Part shown: positions 17,361-24,000 of the stretch, piece by piece | Position numbering within the stretch: the stretch's first letter is position 1 | How the letters are laid out: every line of letters begins with the position of its first letter | Assembly (NCBI GenBank): GCA_048881705.1 | Contig: JBHLSH010000009.1 | Location: forward strand, 44,176-68,175 | From: Candidatus Heimdallarchaeota archaeon | Lineage (GTDB): Archaea; Asgardarchaeota; Heimdallarchaeia; Hodarchaeales; Hodarchaeaceae | Direction: 5' to 3' | Length of the DNA: 24,000 bases | Notes under the pieces: model-generated | Databases searched by the model: none | What the model saw: only the letters and a program-made list of their open reading frames with translations | Told to the model about the DNA's origin: nothing | Translations under genes and position numbers: made by a program

Positions 17361-17964
17361 TAGATTGAGACTCCGACGCCGAAAATCCCGTGAAGAGGAA
17401 GAGCGTCCCCCCGTTCAACTCACCGAGACCGAACAGTCATTCATAGAGTCATGGAAAACCCAACCTATGCGAAAACCCCATATCGAAAAAGTGTCTGTCA
17501 ACTTTGCAGTGGGAAGATCGGGTCCCGATTTGGAAAAGGCCAGAACTCTTTGCCAACAAATTACTAACCAGGTCCCCGCTGAAGGCCGAGCCAAGGAATC
17601 TGTCCGAGGCTTTGGCATCCGCAAACACGAGCCGATTGGCGTTTTCAGTACCTTGCGTGGCGAATTGGCTCAAGCTTTTCTCAAAAAGGCCTTTTATGCC
17701 GTTGAAGAAAAGGTCGCTACCAAGAATTTCGACCGTTACGGTAATCTCTCCTTTGGCATAGATGAGCACCTTAAACTTCCTGATATCAAATACGACCCCC
17801 AAATCGGCGTCCATGGCTTTAATACTACGATCGTTATGGGACGTCCTGGCTATCGAACCAAACTCCGTCGGATCAGATCTAAAAAAATATCTTCTCGGCA
17901 TAAATTAACTAAAGAAGAAAGTATTGCCTTTTTCAAGCATGAATACAACCTAGAAGTTGAGTGA
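17353..17964 (+). CDS. rplE: 50S ribosomal protein uL5
   Basis: PHIEKVSVNFAVGRSGPDLEKARTLCQQITNQVPAEGRAKESVRGFGIRKHEPIGVFSTLRG...GNLSFGIDEHLKLPDIKYDPQIGVHGFNTTIVMGRPGYR. Confidence 0.96.
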   Translation: MSSRLRLRRRKSREEEERPPVQLTETEQSFIESWKTQPMRKPHIEKVSVNFAVGRSGPDLEKARTLCQQITNQVPAEGRAKESVRGFGIRKHEPIGVFSTLRGELAQAFLKKAFYAVEEKVATKNFDRYGNLSFGIDEHLKLPDIKYDPQIGVHGFNTTIVMGRPGYRTKLRRIRSKKISSRHKLTKEESIAFFKHEYNLEVE

Positions 17965-17970
17965 GCCCGA

Positions 17971-18129
17971 ATGACACAGAACCTACGTACAAAAAAACCC
18001 TTCGGACGCGGAACACGCACCTGTCGACGCTGTAAAACTCATAGAGCGGTTATCCGCAAATATGGCCTCTATATCTGCCGCCGATGTATTCGTGAAATTG
18101 CGCCAGAACTAGGATTTAAGAAATATTGA
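17971..18129 (+). CDS. rpsN: 30S ribosomal protein uS14, zinc-binding form, 52 aa, absent from supplied ORF track
   Basis: Manual translation: [52 protein letters not shown]; CxxC-x12-CxxC plus REIAxELGFKKY. Confidence 0.96.
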   Translation: MTQNLRTKKPFGRGTRTCRRCKTHRAVIRKYGLYICRRCIREIAPELGFKKY

Positions 18130-18992
18130 GCCGGACTCGGCCCCCTTTTGAACTCATTCAGCACGATCTTTTGATTCAAAACCTGATTCCCCTCCCCCTT
18201 ATTGACCTTCTACCGCAAGGGTGGAAACGGATTGGTCATGTCGGAATTCTTACCCTAGACCCCCGTCTTTACCCCTGGAAACGGGTGATCGGGCAAGTCT
18301 ACCTCAAACACCTCCCTGAACTATCGACCATAGCCCATAAGGTAGGAATTACGACCCAGGAAACCCGAACTCCGGATTACGAGGTGCTGGCTGGGGATCC
18401 CAAGACCATCACCCTCCATAAAGAACTTCATTGTACGTTCATACTCGATGCTCTCCGATTGACCTTTTCTAGCGGTAACCACGCGGAACGACTCCATCTG
18501 ATCCACGCATGTCAACCTGACGAAAAAGTCATAGACATGTTTGCCTGTGTAGGAAACCTCTCAATTCCCCTCGCGGTTCACATTCCCACGGCCAAAGTCC
18601 TAGGTATTGATATCAACCCGCTTGCCTGTACCTATCTCGCCAAAAACATCCAAAAGAACCACCTGACCGATCGTTACTACGCCGTTTGTGGTGATAATCG
18701 TATCGCTACCCCCGTCGATTGGGCAGATCGTGTTATTATGGGATACTTTACCCTCGATTCCGCGCACTTTATCAGTGCCCTTTCATCCCTTCGTCAAACC
18801 CGCGGCGGAACCATCCATGCCCATGGCCTCAGTAGTAACCGAAATCCTCAGGATTGGTATCAAAACGTCAACAATATCATCTCTGGTTCTTTCCCCCACT
18901 TTAAGATCAGCACCACCAAAAAACGAATTATTAAGACCGTCGCCGCAGGGATCGAGCATTTTGTTGACGACATCACCATTGTACCTCAATAG
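18126..18992 (+). CDS. taw2: Class I SAM-dependent enzyme, Taw2/TYW2-like (wybutosine-derivative pathway)
   Basis: Trm5/TYW2-like: [18 protein letters not shown]..., [48 protein letters not shown]...[12 protein letters not shown] overlap with rpsN stop. Confidence 0.85.
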   Translation: MSRTRPPFELIQHDLLIQNLIPLPLIDLLPQGWKRIGHVGILTLDPRLYPWKRVIGQVYLKHLPELSTIAHKVGITTQETRTPDYEVLAGDPKTITLHKELHCTFILDALRLTFSSGNHAERLHLIHACQPDEKVIDMFACVGNLSIPLAVHIPTAKVLGIDINPLACTYLAKNIQKNHLTDRYYAVCGDNRIATPVDWADRVIMGYFTLDSAHFISALSSLRQTRGGTIHAHGLSSNRNPQDWYQNVNNIISGSFPHFKISTTKKRIIKTVAAGIEHFVDDITIVPQ

Positions 18993-19004
18993 CTTCGTTC
19001 TTCC

Positions 19005-19910
19005 CTAGCCGATTAGTGCACTCACCTCTGCGTACACTCGCCTGATCTCCTCCGGGGTCGGCATGTAGTCCTCATGAGAAACCCTGTTCCGTAGATGGTT
19101 GAGCCACTTGAGAAAGCTCTTCTTGTTAAACAACCCAAACTGTGCCACTTTCCGCTCTAGCTCATCTGTAAACTTTCCCTCGATCCCTAAAAGCTTCCTA
19201 ACTGTTGCATGGGCATAATGAACAAAGGCATGTCGATACACTAGATTTTCCCCCTGGGCTCCTTCATAACATTCCACCGCCAGCTCCCAGACCTTGTCAA
19301 CTTCCGCATCTTTCCTCAAATCCATTCTACTCCCCTCTGAAACCTCCGTTCCATCCGTAACCTGCAACCCTTTGATTATCACCTTTGATTGACGGGACTC
19401 CTCGAGCGTAGGTACTGGCACCGATAATACCTCTGGTTTCGACTCTGCATCTATTCCAGGAGGATGAATTAATCCAGCCCGTACGTGCCCCTCTATCTGT
19501 GCCATTACTTCCTGCAGCCGATTATCCAAGCCCAGCATTTCTTGGGCCTGTTGAAGAACAAACATTGCTTTAAATAGCTCATTTTCCTGAACAAATATCT
19601 CGACTAATCGCATCCATGTACCGATATTTCTTGGTTCCCATTGAGCCGCCTCCATGAACGTCTTAAACGCCGCCTGTTCATGACCCTCTTCTCTCATTAT
19701 ATGTCCCCTCAATATCCAGAAATCTACCAGTAATGAGAGATTGCTATTACTCAGTTGCTTCAAATTGGCAATGACCATGGGATCCACTCTTTGATTTTCC
19801 CCTGCCAATACCCTCTCCACTAATGTGATTAGTTCGGCGCCATTTGGATGACCCTCCAAACTAGCCACAAAATCCGTCACTAAGCTTCCTACTTTCTCTG
19901 CTATTTCCAT
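19005..19910 (-). CDS. TPR-like protein with C-terminal HEPN-like helical domain
   Basis: TPR-like HEQAAFKTFMEAAQWEPRNIGTWMRLVEIFVQENELFKAMFVLQQAQEM, then YRHAFVHYAHATVRKLLGIEG...FLKWLNHLRNRVSHEDYMPTPEEIRRVYAEV with an RxxxxH (RNRVSH) motif. Family assignment by eye. Confidence 0.65.
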   Translation of the reverse strand: MEIAEKVGSLVTDFVASLEGHPNGAELITLVERVLAGENQRVDPMVIANLKQLSNSNLSLLVDFWILRGHIMREEGHEQAAFKTFMEAAQWEPRNIGTWMRLVEIFVQENELFKAMFVLQQAQEMLGLDNRLQEVMAQIEGHVRAGLIHPPGIDAESKPEVLSVPVPTLEESRQSKVIIKGLQVTDGTEVSEGSRMDLRKDAEVDKVWELAVECYEGAQGENLVYRHAFVHYAHATVRKLLGIEGKFTDELERKVAQFGLFNKKSFLKWLNHLRNRVSHEDYMPTPEEIRRVYAEVSALIG

Positions 19911-20257
19911 TACTGACTAGTTCTCCACACAGTTACTCTGATAAGAGGGGAAAAGAAGTTCAATTCAAGCCCTATTCACTATTACTCCATCCCCCTCCTC
20001 CTATATATACTCCAATGATTTCGATCTAATGGTCGTTGTTAGGGTATTCTTACTCTTAATGATTAATTTTCGAGATACTTCTTTTATCCGCTGCTCTAAT
20101 CAATGTAATCTCCTCTAGATCGTAAATCTCAAGAATTAAACTCCCGTCAAGTATCCAAATTTAATCGGATTTCTGCTGACATGCCTGCTTCGAAAGATTT
20201 TAACTTTAATCAAATTGACTCGAAAGAATTCAGGAAAAATGAATTTGTTGGCCGAGA

Positions 20258-21646
20258 TTACCCATGGGTACGAACAATATTTTTCATCCGGGCAATATAT
20301 TCATTCAATCGAACGGCCTTCATTCGCTCGTGAATGGATGCTCCTTTTGAGAGCATTTCTTCGGATTTTTCCAGCATTTCCTTGAGGGCGGTTTGATCAT
20401 CCTTAACCTTCTCCGCTAACTTTCTTAAATTTTGTTCTGCTGTTATTGACTCTGCCTGTTCAAGAAGGGTATCTGTCCGTGTTATATTGCCTCGGATTAA
20501 CGAAAATCGTGAAAGAAGAAGCAAGGCCTCCACTGCCAAGGAGAAGGATTTTTGCTCCTGGGCAATGCCGTGAATTTTCGCCGATAGGTTTTCCGCCTCT
20601 GTTAGAACTTCAGGTTCTCCGTAGAGAGACAGTTCGTCAAGTAATAACTCACAAAGATTCACCATTGCATAGATTGAGAGATCATGTAAAATGATTTCTT
20701 CGTGGATGATTTCCTCAAGGATTCGTTGTGCATCAGTCTTATCCTTGAGACGGCGACCATTTTTCAACACCAAAGCATATGCCAATCTCTGTCGGAGATC
20801 GATGTAACGATTGTTAGGATCCTTGTCTCGTTTTACTTCCTCAAGCTTTTTCAAGTAAACCTGCGCTTGATTTCTTTCTCCCACCTCTAAACTAGTGAGA
20901 ACCATGTGAAATAGACTGCAAGATATCTGATCGAATTTCTCATCTTCTTCATCAATAGTCATACACTGTTCAAAAGAGCTCAACGCCTTCACATAATCAC
21001 CCTGATAAAAATAAGTGACCCCGATCACATGTCGGGAATAGCTTTCAAGATACCGATATCCTGCTTCCCGTGCTAGGGAAAATGCCCGATTCAAATATGA
21101 AATCGACTGATCAAGCTCCCCCCGTGACCGATGCATAAGCCCTACCAGCGAAAGAGACTCCGCGATTTGAAATTCATCCTTAAATTCCTCCGCCGCTGTG
21201 AGGGATTTATATGAAAATAAAAGCGCCTGTTGAAGATCTCCCAAGGTCCAGCAAACCCGGGCTTTTACGTCATATAGGAGACATCCCCATTCTTTTCCAT
21301 TCTCTAACAAGCTGAGTAACTCCTGACCCTCCTCAAGCAGCCCAGAAGCTTCAGTAACTTTCCCAAACCGGTATAAAGCATAACTCTTCATCACTACTGC
21401 CCCCAGTTCCTGGTACCTGTCCCCTATCCCCTTATTTTTCTGATGAGCTTGATCTGCCGCCTTAATTGCCTGCTGGTATTCTTCCCGCAGGACAAAAATT
21501 CGGCTTTTGAGTAATAGTCCCATCACCTCCGCTTTAGGGTTTAGTTCTTCTATTTGTGAGAGTGCTTCTTCATATTTCGCCTGATAGATTAGATCGCGGA
21601 TATCCTGAATTTTCATACGATACCTGTCCTGGATCCTGGGTAGCAT
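20258..21646 (-). CDS. TPR repeat protein
   Basis: Multiple helix-pair repeats, e.g. LGDLQQALLFSYKSLTAAEEFKDEFQIAESLSLVGLMHRSRGELDQSISYLNRAFSLAREAGYRYLESYSRHVIGVTYFYQGDYVKALSSFEQCM. Confidence 0.9.
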   Translation of the reverse strand: MLPRIQDRYRMKIQDIRDLIYQAKYEEALSQIEELNPKAEVMGLLLKSRIFVLREEYQQAIKAADQAHQKNKGIGDRYQELGAVVMKSYALYRFGKVTEASGLLEEGQELLSLLENGKEWGCLLYDVKARVCWTLGDLQQALLFSYKSLTAAEEFKDEFQIAESLSLVGLMHRSRGELDQSISYLNRAFSLAREAGYRYLESYSRHVIGVTYFYQGDYVKALSSFEQCMTIDEEDEKFDQISCSLFHMVLTSLEVGERNQAQVYLKKLEEVKRDKDPNNRYIDLRQRLAYALVLKNGRRLKDKTDAQRILEEIIHEEIILHDLSIYAMVNLCELLLDELSLYGEPEVLTEAENLSAKIHGIAQEQKSFSLAVEALLLLSRFSLIRGNITRTDTLLEQAESITAEQNLRKLAEKVKDDQTALKEMLEKSEEMLSKGASIHERMKAVRLNEYIARMKNIVRTHG

Positions 21647-21987
21647 AAAAAGGCTTGGCGATTTATGAAGTGATTATTGAACTTCGTAGGCGCAGCTGAT
21701 AACTAACTCTATAGCGGAAGATCCAACTACCTAACACAATCCGTGGTCACCCGCTTGATGTATCTAGCTGCTTAGCGGTAGCCCCATATGCGTCACGCGA
21801 TTTTTTCTCTTTTTTTCGAAACTTCATCCCCTTCTATGATTTCTCTCCATTCAGGATATAGAAAAAAGAATGAAAATGGGCGCCCTCCATCTGTTCTGAG
21901 GGTAATAGTCACTGAGCTCAGGAGGGAAAGATTCGCCCATTAATAGGTTGTTTTTGATTGGCGAGTTGTCCCTTATATTCACGAAAC

Positions 21988-22419
21988 TTATGGCCCGAGA
22001 TTCAACAAACTGTAACTCCAAGGTGTTGGAACCGCTAGAAACATTAATGCCGATCCCAACAATGCCAGGTTCTTCATAAATTGAACTCTTTCCGCGGCCT
22101 TCATTTGCGCATCTTCTATTGTCCAGAAGTTATGCATCATGATATTTACGGGGACAAAGAACGCTACGAGACTTAGCACTCCAATTTCTGGGAAAACTCC
22201 TAAAATAAAGGTAATTCCCGCAATGGCCAATAACAGTCCTGTGACCTGCACCGCCAATCTTGGTGATGGAACCCCTTTTGACCCTGCATAACCCTGTAAC
22301 ATGTCCACATTCTTGAAATGATTCCAAGCATTATACAGGTAGAAAGCTCCAACCACCACTCGCCCAATCAAAAAGATGACTGAATATAATGGATCTGCCA
22401 TATGTTTTTCACCTACCAC
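21988..22419 (-). CDS. DoxX-like / DoxD-like small integral membrane protein
   Basis: FLIGRVVVGAFYLYNAWNHFKNVDMLQGYAGSKGVPSPRLAVQVTGLLLAIAGITFILGVFPEIGVLSLVAFFVPVNIMMHNFW; four hydrophobic segments in DoxX arrangement. Confidence 0.85.
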   Translation of the reverse strand: MVGEKHMADPLYSVIFLIGRVVVGAFYLYNAWNHFKNVDMLQGYAGSKGVPSPRLAVQVTGLLLAIAGITFILGVFPEIGVLSLVAFFVPVNIMMHNFWTIEDAQMKAAERVQFMKNLALLGSALMFLAVPTPWSYSLLNLGP

Positions 22420-22580
22420 CAGTTATGAAAAACTGATATCTAGTATTTCAACCTCACTATAGAAATTTTATATACTATACAGGGTATAGTATTGCAGTAA
22501 GTATCCTCCGTAATACTCACTATTTTCGTGATAACTGATCGAATCCCAGCTGACTCGATGCATCAAAGAGGCTACCACAG

Positions 22581-22979
22581 ATGGCCCGACATAACAGTAC
22601 GAGTTTTACCAAACCTGACCCTAGTGAACCACAAGCCACAGCAGTTTCTCCCGAAGAAGCATCGGACAAAGAATCCTGCGAAATTACTGAAATTATTGCT
22701 ATCTTAAGCCGAAAATGGACCCTTAACGTTCTCCGCGAACTCGGCCTCCACGACACCCTCCGTTTCAATGAAATCCTCACCAATTGCGGTAATATTAGCC
22801 CCCGTACTCTTTCCAAACGTTTGAAAGAGTTAGCTCAGCACGGCCTTATCCACCGAACCCAATTCAATGAAATCCCTCCCAAAGTGGTCTATTCCCTGAC
22901 TCTCAAAGGTGTAGAACTCGTCCACAGCTTCAAAGACCTCGATAATTGGGCCAAGAAGTGGAATCTGAACCCTTCTTAA
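22581..22979 (+). CDS. HxlR family winged-helix transcriptional regulator
   Basis: CEITEIIAILSRKWTLNVLRELGLHDTLRFNEILTNCGNISPRTLSKRLKELAQHGLIHRTQFNEIPPKVVYSLTLKGVEL. Confidence 0.93.
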   Translation: MARHNSTSFTKPDPSEPQATAVSPEEASDKESCEITEIIAILSRKWTLNVLRELGLHDTLRFNEILTNCGNISPRTLSKRLKELAQHGLIHRTQFNEIPPKVVYSLTLKGVELVHSFKDLDNWAKKWNLNPS

Positions 22980-23119
22980 GTCTCCACTCTTCTGTTTTCT
23001 TCCTGCTTGATCCGCTTCGCCCGCTTACCCTTTCCTTTATTCGTCGTCTAAGCTAATTCTTCCTGATGTCAGTTCAATGCTTTCACTTAACTAGGATTTG
23101 GTTCTTCTCAAAAAAGAAT

Positions 23120-24000
23120 CTATTTCCTTCGATTCCTTTTGGTAACCACTACAAACGTGTTTAGCACCGAAAGAATGACTAAGATTGATGGAAAGGAGGA
23201 TGATTTCGGGATGCTCAATCCTATTGGTGTGACACTTACCTCGATGGAAAACCCACTCTCCCCGATGGCATTCATTGCTGTTACCACATAGTAATAGGTC
23301 GTATTTCCCTGTACCAAGGTGTCATTGAAGCTGCCCGTCATTGTGATACCCATAAACCTATATTCACCCGCGGTGGTACCCCGGTAGACCCGATACTGCG
23401 TGATTGTCGATCCGCCATCATCCGTGGGCGCAGCCCAGCTTAATGTAACAAAATTCTCACCTGCAGTAGCGGAAAGATCTATGGGCGCACTCGGAACCGC
23501 TACCCCAGGTTCTCGAGGGTTCTCCACCTGAAGTTGAATGGAAGCAGACTCCTGCCTTCCCAGCGCGCTGACTGCTATCACTACTACTGGGATAGCCCCA
23601 TTCTCTGATATGGTACTATCCCATGAACAACCAAACGGGATGCTTTCATCAACGGCTATTAAACGGCCTCCAACATAGAAAAAGACCGTATCGATCCCAT
23701 TTGGAGCATCTGCCGAAACAGCGATAGTGATCACCCCTGCCACAGTACTATTGTCTTGGGGACTAATTATTCGAACCTGGGGCCTAGGATTTTCTATGGT
23801 AAAGGAAATCACCACTTTATCCAGAACTGGGGAAGAATCTTGAGTCTCATCAGATTCGAAAAAGACCCGATAGCGTAAAAACTGAGCTAATCCTTCAAAA
23901 GGAAACGATGAATTGGAAACAGATGTATAGACAAAATCCAAATCATTGGTAGTATTGGACAGCCCAACCTGAACCTTTAATGATGTATTTACAGGCGGAT
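23120..24000 (-). CDS. Surface/secreted protein with Ig-like and fibronectin type III domains and C-terminal membrane anchor; N-terminus beyond window
   Basis: Frame stays open to the window end (..PPVNTSLKVQVGLSNTTNDLDFVY...). FN3: PSAPIDLSATAGENFVTLSWAAPTDDGGSTITQYRVYRGTTAGEYRFMG...YYYVVTAMNAIGESGFS. C-terminal hydrophobic stretch plus KRNRRK. Confidence 0.85.
   Translation of the reverse strand, partial: PPVNTSLKVQVGLSNTTNDLDFVYTSVSNSSFPFEGLAQFLRYRVFFESDETQDSSPVLDKVVISFTIENPRPQVRIISPQDNSTVAGVITIAVSADAPNGIDTVFFYVGGRLIAVDESIPFGCSWDSTISENGAIPVVVIAVSALGRQESASIQLQVENPREPGVAVPSAPIDLSATAGENFVTLSWAAPTDDGGSTITQYRVYRGTTAGEYRFMGITMTGSFNDTLVQGNTTYYYVVTAMNAIGESGFSIEVSVTPIGLSIPKSSSFPSILVILSVLNTFVVVTKRNRRK

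Noticed and set aside
17449-17901. Minus-strand 150-aa ORF
   Set aside because: Antisense to uL5 along its length; no independent protein signature.
21690-21960. Checked for a tRNA or structured RNA in the intergenic gap near the TPR gene
   Set aside because: No consistent cloverleaf, T-arm consensus or convincing long hairpin could be built by eye.
22520-22816. Minus-strand 98-aa ORF
   Set aside because: Overlaps the well-supported HxlR regulator on the opposite strand.

Overview
This is an archaeal chromosomal window. The ribosomal protein cluster has archaeal content and order, and the window also carries RpoP, an archaeal Zn-type eIF1/SUI1, RNase P Rpp29, a Taw2-like enzyme and type 2 MetAP. 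The exact lineage is not determinable by eye. The first half holds an acetyl-CoA synthetase C-terminus, a DUF167/YggU protein, a large PRC-barrel-like/coiled-coil protein, MetAP, a TPR protein with a 25-aa Glu/Pro repeat tract, a DUF211 protein and a tightly packed minus-strand block. That block reads cobalamin adenosyltransferase > methylmalonyl-CoA mutase large subunit > mutase B12-binding subunit > unannotated 44-aa ORF > rpoP > eIF1. These are followed by SurE, tRNA-His(GTG), an LLM/F420-type oxidoreductase, and uS19 on the minus strand. Divergent from uS19 is a plus-strand block: uL22-uS3-uL29-Rpp29-uS17-uL14-uL24-eS4-uL5-uS14-Taw2. The remainder holds a TPR-like protein with a HEPN-like C-terminus, a second TPR protein, a DoxX-like/HxlR pair and a fibronectin-III surface protein. 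I found no CRISPR array, transposon or obvious defense cassette. The best second-look items are the hidden small genes (rpoP, uS14 and the 44-aa ORF with ATGA overlaps at both ends), the rearranged translation clusters, the PRC-like protein, the HEPN-like protein and the 75/150-bp repeat.
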